Assembly: GCA_964016885.1 (NCBI GenBank)
Contig: OZ024747.1
Coordinates: 38,316,001-38,380,000, forward strand
Length of the DNA: 64,000 bases
Direction of reading: 5' to 3'
Origin: Eledone cirrhosa
Taxonomy: Eukaryota
The position numbers and the translations under genes were made by a program. This document shows, piece after piece, positions 27,376 through 41,672 of this stretch. Position 1 is the first letter of the stretch; each line of letters starts with the position of its first letter. The notes under the pieces are model-generated. The model made no database searches. It was given only the letters and a program-made list of their open reading frames with translations, and was not told the DNA's origin.

Positions 27376-28168
27376 AACCAAGGCACTGCACAAAGCCAGT
27401 CCCTCTCTCTTAACCAAGATGATATTTACCAAAAAGAAGAACAAGTCAACATCATTGGATACCATCAGGGTTGCAGGTATTATATCAGAATTTTCCTTCT
27501 CCTAGAATTCTGCCTTGACAGGTCACCAGTTGGTGCTACTGGTAACATGTATCCCAGTACAACCTATCTCATGGTCGGGTCGTTGGCCACTAAAGTGGCA
27601 ACCCCACCAAGGTTTCTTGGTGAGGAGGGTGACTTTGGACATCCTGCAGGACTAAAAACAAAACCTGTCAAAGGGCAAAGGAGCTCTTAAGAGTCAATGG
27701 CCTTCCAAAATCACCGGGAGATATATATATATATATATATATACATACATACACACACATATATATATACCTACACACACGTACACACCCACAGAGACAC
27801 ACATATATATACATATATACGTATATTTCAAAATATCTAGTTATTATAGTAACATACAGATTATTTCAAGTTGGATGTTGTCTAGACATTGAATTACGAT
27901 GTAATATTTTGATCAACACTTATGAAACAAGAAATATATGTAAGTGTCTCTATTTAGAAATGTGCCCATTACTGATGATAAATGAATTCACTGTTGAAAA
28001 GAAAATATTTTTCAGCTACATATCCTGCAATAGTAGCGTTTCTACGTGGTAATCAGGTTCAGATTAATCATTAATTGATAATCTGTCGTTTGTATATGTA
28101 TATTTAATAACTTACAATGATAACGAGGGATATAGACAATCCTGCTGGGGACAACACTAAAACTTATG

Positions 28169-28377
28169 TACGAGGGACTGCTTGAAACCTTCATAGGTTC
28201 ACTATGAAGGATTGATTCTTGATCTGTGAAATCTTGCTTGCATTAATTTCAACTCTTCTTGTTAATAACTGCATTGTTTCCATCCAGGGACTATGTTGAA
28301 AAATAAAACTTATTTGATCCTTTCATTGGTCAACCGATGACCTTTTCACCCTATGAATTATTCAGCCGACCCTCGTA
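28169..28377. mobile_element. Tc1/mariner-type MITE
   Basis: Termini TA-CGAGGG and CCCTCG-TA, consistent with TIRs and a TA target duplication. Confidence 0.65.
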
Positions 28378-29469
28378 AGAGAAGGTCATACAGAAACAGA
28401 GTTAAATATTCGCATTGGAGATGGACTGGAAAGAAGGAGGTATAAAAGCGAATGGGAGATAGTCAGAAGGATGAAGGGATCGAGCAATATTTACTGAAGA
28501 GGTATGGTTGGGATAAAGGAGATAATTATTGAACAACAATAACCAGTTGCTCTGAAAATTGATGTGATATTCTAGCCGTATTAAAACGTTCGTAGAGATG
28601 TATGAATAAATTATATTTTTTAACATTGACTTTCTTGCAATTCTGAGTACACACACACACAGACATACACACACGCGCACACATACACATACACACACAC
28701 ATGTACACACACACAAACACACTCAAACACACAAACACACAGAAACACACATAAACACACACACAGACATACATACACACATATATATATATATACATAT
28801 ATATATATAAATCCACACAGAGCTACATACACACACAAACATATAATGTACGCATTTATCTTGCATTCAAATCAATATAGACTCTAAGGAAATGTGATCG
28901 CTCAGCATGAAAGAGGAGACGAGGACCTGATATCATTAAGTCTTCTATTGATATTTCGTTTGAAACGTGTATTAACTAATTATTGTTAGAAATTTTAATT
29001 GTCTCGTTTTCTGAAATACACTTTTAACTTACATCCATTTTATTTTCATTTTATCTGTCCACTATTTTTCCTGAACTCATCTCTCTAATGTGACGAGTTA
29101 CCTATATACTGCAACGAGTATATGTTTGTTCGTTGAAAGTTATCACTATTCTTCATTCGTAGACATGAAGTCTAATGTAAATTCAATTCACGTTTTTATG
29201 TATCAAGAAATACTAAATTCTTCAGTCTTTCTTTCCCGAATATATGCTACAATTATACATATAGTATGTGTTCAGGAAAATTAAGGAAGAAAAGTGATAT
29301 ATTATCTTATTTCAAGGAGATTACTAGTGAACTGTAAATTGCATATATTCCTTGAACATCTTTAGACATAGTCATATAAGAAAAGGAATGATCGACTTTC
29401 GTCAAATCGGACCGAGGACACAATGTTTCCATTACTCTTTCCAATTGCTAATACTATATATCAGTCGCA

Positions 29470-29598
29470 ACTACAGGTAGAAGGAGCAACCTGAAATAAA
29501 GTGTCTTGCTCAAAGACATAACGCATCGCTCGGTTCTGGAATCGAACTCGCAACCTCACGATTGCGAATACAATTCGCTAACCACTCAGCCACACGCC
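29470..29598 (-). mobile_element. tRNA-head SINE
   Basis: Minus strand ggcgtgtggctgagtggttag (A box), gagttcgattcc (B box), tctttgagcaagacacttta. A related fragment lies at ~14590-14660. Confidence 0.7.
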
Positions 29599-29799
29599 TT
29601 TACAAAGTCATATAAGAATACCAATAAATTGTGGCAATTAATGTGTTCGTAATCATATGTCATGTTTTTTAAAATTAAATGTACGTTTATTCTCGCCATG
29701 AAATAGAAACAGGCATCACTTCGGGCACACACACGTATACACACGTACATACATACACAAACATGCATATATGTATGTGTGTATGTATGTATATTTTGG

Positions 29800-30405
29800 A
29801 TACTATTGTACAGTACCCACATTTCATCACTGGTTACTATTCTGCCCATTAGCAAGTCTACGCTTTAAAAAGAGCAAATGGCAACACTTTGATCGAGTTG
29901 AATAGCAGTCATATTATGAGGCATCCACTGGCCAAGATTAGATGCTTTTTCCAGTTCGTGCAGTGTGTTTACAAGAGTCCCGTGGCATGTATTGAACTCT
30001 CTTACAAATTCTCGTGCAGTTTGCTTAGATTTTTCTTCCACCAGGTTCTGTAAAATCTCGAGATCGAAGGGAATCAACGTGGGAAAGGTTTTGTGATAGA
30101 AATTGTTTAAACCATCGTTGGTATATTCGGACAGTTGGAGCTTGATTTCTATAGACAGAATGAATATTCCTTGCCGTGTCTGTTTTTGAGAAACCCTTTT
30201 TTGTATGTGTCTCATTAGCACTTCTACTAGAAGGGCCAAATTGTATAATATTAAACAATATAACATTAAATTAATCTAAAAAAAAAAGAAGAAAATTATT
30301 AGAACAAAAGAAATCAAAAGTTTATATTCTAGTTAGTATTCGAAAAAAAATGTCTTCAATTCATTCGCTAGAATGTGACAAGACTTTGTATCAAACGTAT
30401 TATAT
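29800..30405 (-). pseudogene. Mariner transposase N-terminal remnant
   Basis: HTH region QTAREF, GQWMPH (WVPH motif), RIVTSDEMWVLYN (first catalytic Asp); frameshifted and truncated. Confidence 0.85.
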
Positions 30406-32144
30406 GCGCATATACATGTACAACTAGGATGGAATATCAGTAGTATGCAAAGATTTCACCCATTACCGAAAAAGCATAATTCGTTAAAAAACAACTAAAA
30501 ATCACTAGCATGGAATCTCTCTTCCGGGTGTTAACACAATTTACTCACTGCTAATGTCCACGTCAAATCGATAATATATAATTTAAACATTTCTCCTAGG
30601 AAATTTTGTTATTTAGCCATTATTATGACTATTTATGAACACATAAATTGCGGTTGTTTCAGTTTTTATCGTACGGATATTAGTCAAAACAATTGTTTGT
30701 TTAATAGGAGAATGATGAATTAAATCATGCAATAGAAAAAAGTCACCAATAAGACTTCAAGATGTCTAGAAGCCAAAATACTGCACTGAAGAGCTATAGG
30801 CTCATGAACTCGTGTATATCAATGGCTGTCGACAGTTTTGTCCGACAAATTACTACATATATACAAACATGCATAGATAGATACGAACACACACACATAC
30901 GCACACGCACTTATATATGCACATATGCACACACATACACAAACCCTTTCACTCACACATACAAATACGCTCACACTTACATTTACACAGATACTCACAT
31001 ATCATGCACTGACAGATACGCTCGTACGTACACTCACACACTCACACGCACACTCACACACATACGCTCACACACATTCACACATACACACACTGATACA
31101 CGCATACATTCACACACACACACTCACTCTCAAACACATATTCACACATACACAGACACCATCATCACGGTATAGACCCTCAGAGATTTGGGAATTTCTT
31201 ACGGAGCGTGTTTAAGATAAATAGGCCAACCAAATCGCAAACATCAGCACTGCACTGCTGAATGATCCCCATAGTTACAAGGAATTGTTTCCCCCAAGCT
31301 ATTGTATAATTAAAAAAGATTGTGTTTCAAAAGAGAGAATTACTAAGCGATCTAAATCATATATATTGATAATATATATTAGTGAAATTACTTGCGAAAT
31401 CCAATGCCTTATTGAGTAACTTCTTGGAGATCGAAGGATACAAATTATATAAAACTGCGTAAAGCTAGCTTTATTAGAGTGTCTGAGAAAGTTAAACCAC
31501 TTGATTATTTTCTCACTGATTAAGGTTTCACTGTTTTCTAATCATCTTAATGTTCCTAAGGGTAACTTTACTTAGACCTAATTCAGATTTGGCGGAGTTC
31601 GAGTTTGCAGGTCGGGTTAATTTTAAATTAATCGTTGTGAACCTTAAGAGAAATGTAAGACTCCCTTCTAGTCAATCATTGCATTTTTTTTATCTACTTA
31701 TGTGTTTAGCCTCATCATTGATATCATTTAGAAAGTATGGTCTTGTTCAAGCGTTGGATGTAGATACAGTGATAAAGTTTATATAGATTATCAGTTTTAT
31801 CTGATAAGAAGACAGAGGATCTGAAGATTTTTATGTTTCGAATTAGCTTATTCTCAAAGGGGTAAAAGTGCGTGCAGAAAGAATTATTAGTGACTAGAGT
31901 AAGGAGATCGGCTTTGAAAGTCACGAGGTTGTTTACCTGAGGTGAGGATTCGTATAATCAATATCTATTCATACACAATAATATATAGGTATAATTTTGT
32001 TTTTTCCCCTCGTGGGAGGAATTAAAAAAACATTTACATTTTTAGGGGGAAACAGAAACTGTTTGCTTAAACTTTTGATCTGTACTAATAATAAATATTG
32101 CGATACGGGTTTATATGTTTATATATACATACACACACACACAC

Positions 32145-32191
<47 letters not shown>

Positions 32192-32194
<3 letters not shown>

Positions 32195-32760
32195 ATTCCG
32201 GGTTGAATCATCGGAGGTAACCACAGTAAGTAAAGTACTCAATACATAGCAGAGTATAAAAGTTTTAATATAGATGAGATTCTACAGGACTAGAACTGTT
32301 TAATTCTTTAGAAATCATCAGGAGTCTGGCTATCCAAAAATAGATGTGGTATTTATAGGTCCTTTCAGGTGGTAGGAGAGAGTGGGGAGTGGGATGGGTG
32401 GAGGTCATTGGTTGATAGAAAAGGGAATTTCATTAAAGGCTAATTCTTTAAAGCTATTATTTATATTTAGAGTGACAAAGGCAGAAAGAATTCTATAAAC
32501 CAGTTCAGAATGGGTGCACTCCTTATTTTTAAGTTTCTCTTAAGCTAACAATGCCTATATTTCAGGTGTCTATAAGATCGTTGGGGGTCGGTCATGGTTG
32601 ATGGATTTAAAGAAAGGGGAAATTCTTTAAAAGCTAATTATTTAAAGTTCTAATTAGAGTGACAAGGACCAAGAGAATTCTATAGACCAGTTCAAAATAT
32701 TGGGTATCTATCATATCATTATTGTCATATTTCTCTTAAGCTATATTCCAGGTGTCAACA
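32192..32760 (-). mobile_element. PLE family D pLTR with tail (more diverged copy)
   Basis: Reverse-complement homology to 55200-55717; HHR at 32277-32327 with GAAA mutated. Confidence 0.8.
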
Positions 32761-32823
32761 GACACATTCACAAACACACACACACATGCCCCCCCCCCCC
32801 CCGATATATATATATATATATAT

Positions 32824-34340
<1,517 letters not shown>

Positions 34341-34345
<5 letters not shown>

Positions 34346-34564
34346 ATGTAATAAACAACATAAGGCAATTATTCCATTTACCAGTGGTTTCTTAAAAGCA
34401 AAAGGTTTTGCTTTCATTCCTCAGAACGAAAAAATCCTGGTCTGTTTATTGAATTTGGATCTTAAAAACAAAAAAACAAGCTATTTGAAAGTGAGGCTGG
34501 AGAAGGAAGAAGGAAAGGAAAAAATAAAAACAAAATAAGACTACCCACACAACCACACATACAC

Positions 34565-34636
<72 letters not shown>

Positions 34637-35018
34637 GCATGTGTATGCGCGCACGCACGCACGCGTATACAAATATAAATATATTTCTCCCATACACATG
34701 TGTGTGCGTGCATGCGCGCATACGCGCAGGGTATGTTCTGTTGAAAGTGTCTCGTGAATTTATGGCTACAGTTGTATAGATTATACTTAGAAATTGTCCA
34801 AAGAATTCCCTAAACCTTCGTCAATATACTAGAACCTTTAAGAATTTAGCTTTTAAGGAATCTCCCCTTCCTCCAAATCTATCTACCATGACTGACCCCA
34901 TACTGATCTTGCAGACACCTGTAAGCTAAAGAGAAAGCCAATGATAAGGATTGGCTCCAATCTGAATACAGAAATCTGTCTGCCTTTGTTCCTCTAAGAA
35001 CAAACATATACAAACATT

Positions 35019-35074
<56 letters not shown>

Positions 35075-35097
35075 TATCTACACACACACACGCATAC

Positions 35098-35134
<37 letters not shown>

Positions 35135-35927
35135 TGCTTATATACACACACATACACACACACAAAAGTACATATACATACGCACGAAATAGTCAACGCA
35201 TTCACACACTCTCACACATAAAAAAAATTTTCAAATACAAATACATAACCGCATACATACGCATACATGCATAACCATGCACAAGTGTACAATCTATACA
35301 CACACACACAGGTGTATACAACTATATGCACACACACACATATATGCATACATAAGCACACATATAATTACATAAACACAAACGTACACACACACATATA
35401 TATAACCACACGTACACATACACACACATATACATACATAGCTAAACAATTATACACATACAAATACGTATATATCATAAACACGCACAACAGAACACAA
35501 ACACACACACATATATACACACACACATATACACACATATATATATATATATATATACATATACATGCATATACACATATACACACATACACACACAACC
35601 ACGCCCACACACATACATACGCATACACACACGTATATGCGTGTGTGTATGTAAAACTCAATCTTAGATAAACCATAAGGACCTTACATATACGTATATA
35701 TAGTAGTAAAGTATTAAAGCAACATAAGGCAATTATTCCATTTACCAAGGGTTTCTTAAAAGCAAAAAGATTTTTCCTACAATCTTCAGGATGAGAGAAA
35801 CCTGGCTTATCCACACATACACATATATACACACACACACACAAATACATACATATATAAATACATACACACAGGCACACACACACATACGTATAAACAT
35901 ATATACATACACACATACACACACATA

Positions 35928-35973
<46 letters not shown>

Positions 35974-36882
35974 CACATATATACACACAAATATACACAC
36001 ACATACACATAGGTAAGTGGAGGGCAAGGCAAAAAGAAATTATGTGGGGGCCGCATAGGAGAAGGTAAAATATAAGGGGAGGTAAGGGAGAAAAAATATA
36101 TAATAAATGTAGGTATACATATCTATATATATATACATAGTTGCCCATCTATGAAGTCCAAAATCACCAGCTCAAACCGGACGAGAATAAATCCAGGATG
36201 CAGTTGCAGGAAGCCGGACGAATGCCCATTGCAGGGTAGATGTAACACTAAATCTGTCGTTTATGAGGCTACGATAACACCAGTAATCAACAACCAGCCA
36301 GCCAGGAGTGAGCGATATGTCGGTATGATCCAGGACAGGTTTAAAACCAGATTTTACTCACATGTCGCCTCTTTTAAGCACTCCGATAAACGAACATCAA
36401 CGGCCCTCGCAAGTAAGGTGTGGGAACTCAAGGATAGTAACATCCCGTACTCTATTGATTGGTCTATATTAGACCATTCGAGGGAGTACCAAAGGGGCAC
36501 AAAGAATTGTTCTCTGTGTACCACAGAAAAGTATAGGATTTTGCTAAACTTGAGAGACACTTCCGCTTGCCTTAATTCAAAGACTAAGATCTTCAGATGC
36601 TGTCCTCATCTGAGACCGCACCTGATCTGTAACTGGATTGACACTCCTATGAGAAATCAACCGCCTTGAACTCCTTCTCCCGCTCTTTACTTCTGCTACG
36701 GTTTTTATTTTACTGTTTCTACGTTCTGTACTCTTGTATACCTACATTTATTATATATTTTTTTTCTCCCTTACCTCCCCTTATATTTTACCTTCTCCTA
36801 TGCGGCCCCCACATAATTTCTTTTTGCCTTGCCCTCCACTTAACTATGTGTATGTGTGTGTATATTTGTGTGTATATATGTG

Positions 36883-36946
<64 letters not shown>

Positions 36947-37318
36947 GATATGTGTGTGTATGTGTGTATGTATATATGTTTATACGTATGTGTGTGTGTG
37001 CCTATGTGTATGTATTTATATATGTATGTATTTGTGTGTGTGTGTGTATATATGTGTATGTGTGGATAAGCCAGGTTTCTCTCATCCTGAAGATTGTAGG
37101 AAATTTTTTTTTGCTTTTAAGAAACCCTTGGTAAATGGAATAATTGCCTTATGTTGCTTTAATACTTTACTACTATATATACGTATATGTAAGGTCCTTA
37201 TGGTTTATCTAAGATTGAGTTTTACATACACACACGCATATACGTGTGTGTATGCGTATGTATGTGTGTGGGCGTGGTTGTGTGTGTATGTGTGTATATG
37301 TGTATATGCATGTATATG

Positions 37319-37349
<31 letters not shown>

Positions 37350-37408
37350 ATATGTGTGTGTATATATGTGTGTACATATGTGCGTGTGTATATATTGATA
37401 ATTGTATA

Positions 37409-37445
<37 letters not shown>

Positions 37446-37840
37446 TTGTGTTCTGTTGTGCGTGTTTATGATATATACGTATTTGTATGTGTATAATCGT
37501 TTAGCTATGTATGTATATGTGTGTGTATCTGTACGTGTGGTTATATATATGTGTGTGTGTACGTTTGTGTTTATGTAATTATATGTGTGCTTATGTATGC
37601 ATATATGTGTGTGTGTGCATATAGTTGTATACACTTGTGTGTGTGTGTATAGATTGTACACTTGTGCGTGGTTATGCATGTATGCGTATGTATGCGGTTA
37701 TGTATTTGTATTTGAAAACATTTTTTTATGTGTGAGAGTGTGTGAATGCGTTGACTATTTCGTGCGTATGTATATGTGCTTTTGTGTGTGTGTATGTGTG
37801 TGTATATATGCATGTGTGTGTGTGTATGTGTGTGTGTGCA

Positions 37841-37875
<35 letters not shown>

Positions 37876-38310
37876 GTATGCGTGTGTGTGTGTAGATATG
37901 TTTGTGTGTGTGTGTGTGTGTATGAATGTTTGTATATGTTTGTTCTTAGAGGAACAAAGGCAGACAGATTTCTGTATTCAGATTGGAGCCAATCCTTATC
38001 ATTGGCTTTCTCTTTAGCTTAAAGGTGTCTGTAAGATCAGTATGGGGTCGGTCATGGTAGATAGATTTGGAGGAAGGGGAGATTCCTTAAAAGCTAAATT
38101 CTTAAAGGTTCTAGTATATTGACGAAGGTTTAGGGAATTTTGTGGACAATTTCTAAGTATAATCTATACAACTTTAGCCATAAATTCACGAGACACTTTC
38201 AACAGAACATACCCTGCGCGTATGCGCGCATGCACGCATACACATGTGTATGGGAGAAATATATTTATATTTGTATACGCGTGCGTGCGTGCGCGCATAC
38301 ACATGCGCGC

Positions 38311-38352
<42 letters not shown>

Positions 38353-38645
38353 GTGTATGTGTGGTTGTATGGGTAGTCTTATTTTGTTTTTATTTTTTCC
38401 TTTCCTTCTTCCTTCTCCAGCCTCACTTTCATATAGCTTGTTTTTTTGTTTTTAAGATCCAAATTCAATAAACAAACCAGGATTTTTTCGTTCTGAGGAT
38501 TGAAAGCAAAACCTTTTGCTTTTAAGAAACCACTGGTAAATGGAATAATTGCCTTATGTTGTTTATTACATATTAATAATTAAGCTCTGTTGCTTACATA
38601 GGGCACTCTTTTTTCCTGGACTTTTCCGACGGAATTATTTCATTT
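34341..38645 (+). mobile_element. PLE family I: ~1.8-kb inverted arms around a GIY-YIG fragment, plus tail
   Basis: 34341-36119 mirrors 36736-38570; unique tail 38571-38645. Confidence 0.9.
36151..36669 (+). CDS. PLE GIY-YIG endonuclease domain (5'-truncated ORF)
   Basis: CSCRKPDECPLQGRC, VVY...YVG, FKTRFYSH, CSLCTTEK, LN, CPH. Confidence 0.85.
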   Translation: MKSKITSSNRTRINPGCSCRKPDECPLQGRCNTKSVVYEATITPVINNQPARSERYVGMIQDRFKTRFYSHVASFKHSDKRTSTALASKVWELKDSNIPYSIDWSILDHSREYQRGTKNCSLCTTEKYRILLNLRDTSACLNSKTKIFRCCPHLRPHLICNWIDTPMRNQPP

Positions 38646-38714
<69 letters not shown>

Positions 38715-38718
<4 letters not shown>

Positions 38719-38952
38719 GGAGACAGAGGTTAGCTGGACATGATCACCGACATCCAGAGTTGACATTGCACTCAGTACTCATTTGGGAGCCCCTACATGG
38801 ACACATTACAAGTGGAAGACCAAGGTTAACGTATGTTGATGCCCTATGGACAGACACTGGTCTGGTGGAGATGCAGGACATGGCAGCGATAATGAGGGAC
38901 AGATACCGCTGGAGAGAACTCGTCCATGGATCTCAGGAATTTTACCCGCCTT

Positions 38953-38953
<1 letters not shown>
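38715..38953 (+). mobile_element. RTE/RTE-X LINE 3' fragment
   Basis: RRQRLAGH..R...LIWEPLHG...[13 protein letters not shown]....[11 protein letters not shown]; (TA)n on both sides. Confidence 0.85.
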
Positions 38954-39003
<50 letters not shown>

Positions 39004-39151
39004 TATATATATATTATATATATATATATATATACATATATATATACACACACACGCACACACACACACACCTACATACACACACCTACATATACACATA
39101 TACACACATATATACATATACACACATACAGATATATATACATATAAACAC

Positions 39152-39184
<33 letters not shown>

Positions 39185-39309
39185 GATATACACATATACA
39201 TACACATACACATACATACACATATACATATACATACAAATATATGCATATACACACACACACACATACATACATATATATATATACATATATATATATA
39301 TCTATACAT

Positions 39310-41140
39310 AGTAATAATAATAAAATTGAAGACTAAAATCCAGAGAGGGCTCGATAAGGAAAATATATATCAAATATATAAGAACCGAAGAGCAAATATT
39401 TATTAAAATAACAGATTAAAGTTTAAGCAAAGAATCGCTGCTTTCACCCTTAACGGGATCTTCTGAAACTAACAAAGTCAATCTGTAAACGCAGAACTGG
39501 ATATTTCAAAAAAACGTTGCAACCGGAGGAAGACAGGAAGACGATACTTTAGTTCATGGTGACGTTCGCTGGCAAAGAACGGGAAAAAACGAATAATACG
39601 TCATTAATAGGAGCGGTGAAAAACAATTACGTGCAAGGACAGAACCACGTTTATGGTATAAAAGAGGTCGTAGACTAATGTTCTCTAAGTGGTGCATAGA
39701 GACGTTCTCTGGCAATGAACGAAAAAACGAAGATAATAAGTCATATGTGGAGCGTGGAGAACAATAGCGTGCAAAGACAAAACCACGTAAATGGTATAGC
39801 AGAAGTCGTAGACTAAAATTCTAACGTTACCCTCAATTTATTGAATGGGTGGCATTACCCGTATAGAAAGCCGAATGATACGCTTAATTACATAAGTAAG
39901 CATTCCAACCATCCTGCCAGCATAACCAAGAACCTGGTAAAAAAACGTTTCGTTGAGGCTTTCCCGTCTTTCCACCAACGAGCGCATTTTCAACGACCAT
40001 TCCACTTATTACAATGAAGCTCTTGCTCGAAGTGGATTTGTCGATAAGGTAGCATATACAGAGTACGAGAATAGACCTACAAGAAATAGATCCCGTCGCA
40101 TTTGTGGTTTAACCCACCATATAATATGGAGGTGGCCACACCATTAGCTAAGAACTTTCTTTCCATTATTACGAAGCATTTTCCCCCTACACATAAATAT
40201 AGTAACATTTTTAATAGAAACACTATTAAAATTTCTTACTCAACGAGTCCTAACCTTGCACATAACATCACAGCTTCAAATTTAGCTAAAATACCTAGCC
40301 GTAGGAACACGTGCAACCCTGTAGTTAGTACTAACTGTAATTGTAGGAATCGGGCTGATTGTCCCCTATCCAGGAAATGCCTCTCTAGTAACATTGTCTA
40401 CAAATGTAAGGTTGTAACACCCACGTCCCGTAGGGCCTACATAGGGTTAACCGCCAATAGTTTCAAGCAGCGTCCTTACATGCATACCCATTCTTTTCGT
40501 TACCCTCTAAGAAGGAATATGACGTCACTTTCAGCTTATATCTGGAGTCTAAAAGACAACCACACCCAATATAAGTTACACTGGGAGATCCTAGCTAGGG
40601 CTAGATCGTATAACGGAAATAAAAGACCATGTGACCTCTGCGCCGCTGAGGCCCTGGAAATACTCTACGCCACAGACCACATCTTAAACAAAAAATCTGA
40701 GGCAATTTCGGCTTGTAAACATAAATTGCACAAAACTTTCCTGTATTACAGCCCTACGTTTTACCCTAACGGATAGCACGATCTATACGTGGATATTTAC
40801 GTCTTGATGTGGGAGCTAAGTATATGTTTTGTTTATTCCTTTACTTTTTGCATAGGTAAGTATATATTACCCGTATATTTTGTGAAGGTATGTATACCTT
40901 CTCGTACGTATATTTGTTTTACACCGCTCCTATTAATGACGTATTATTCGTTTTTTCCCGTTCTTTGCCAGCGAACGTCACCATGAACCAAAGTATCGTC
41001 TTCCTGTCTTCCTCCGGTTGCAACGTTTTTTTAAATATCCAGTTCTGCGTTTACAGATTGACTTTGTTAGTTTCAGAAGATCCCGTTAAGGGTGAAAGCA
41101 GCGATTCTTTGCTTAAACTTTAATCTGTTATTTTAATAAA
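39310..41140. mobile_element. PLE family A copy A2 (tail arm on minus strand, ORF-bearing arm inverted)
   Basis: 39310-39826 matches 1290-1807. 39827-41140 is the reverse complement of the A1 body and pLTR, with a pLTR deletion near 40920. Confidence 0.9.
39830..40776 (+). pseudogene. PLE RT thumb and GIY-YIG (family A)
   Basis: Near-identical to the 2381-3311 protein (WFNPPY, CNCRNRADCPL, YIG); frameshifted. Confidence 0.9.
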
Positions 41141-41672
41141 TATATCTATACATATATATATATATATATATATACATATACACATATATATATATATATA
41201 TTTCGTTTCTGAATTTGTTTAGCGAGATTCTTTATCTGAAATCGTGTGTTGAAACCGATATTGTTATACTTTGGGAGGGTCATGTTGCCAATAAGAAACA
41301 CAACAACCAGTTGCTTCCACTTCAATTTATTATATATTTATAAATTTATAAATTTACAATTCTACAAATTTATAAATTTCTGGTTGGTTGGTTGGTTCCA
41401 CAACCAGATAGTTGTTTATATATAGTCATAGTCCTTTCGTCACACACTCTGTGACCTCTTCAGTGACTGGGGATTCCTTTCTTTGTTTCTGTGCCTTTCC
41501 TTTCTTCTGTCCTACGCCATTTTGTTTCTGTGTGTGTGTTGTGTGCTCAGTTTGCGCATGCGCCACATCCGGGTGTCTGTGTGTGTTTGTGTTCATTTAT
41601 CTATTTGTTTATTTATTTACATGTTGTTGGTTGGTTTTTTGTTCTATGTGTGTGTGTGTTTTCATTTTGTCC

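Noticed and set aside
38488-38525. CTGAGGA-tt-GAAA-gcaaaa..ttttgc-TT as an active HHR (similar cases at ~3845, ~60720 and 19467-19483)
   Set aside because: Core-like, but no pairable stem I was found; left as decayed candidates.
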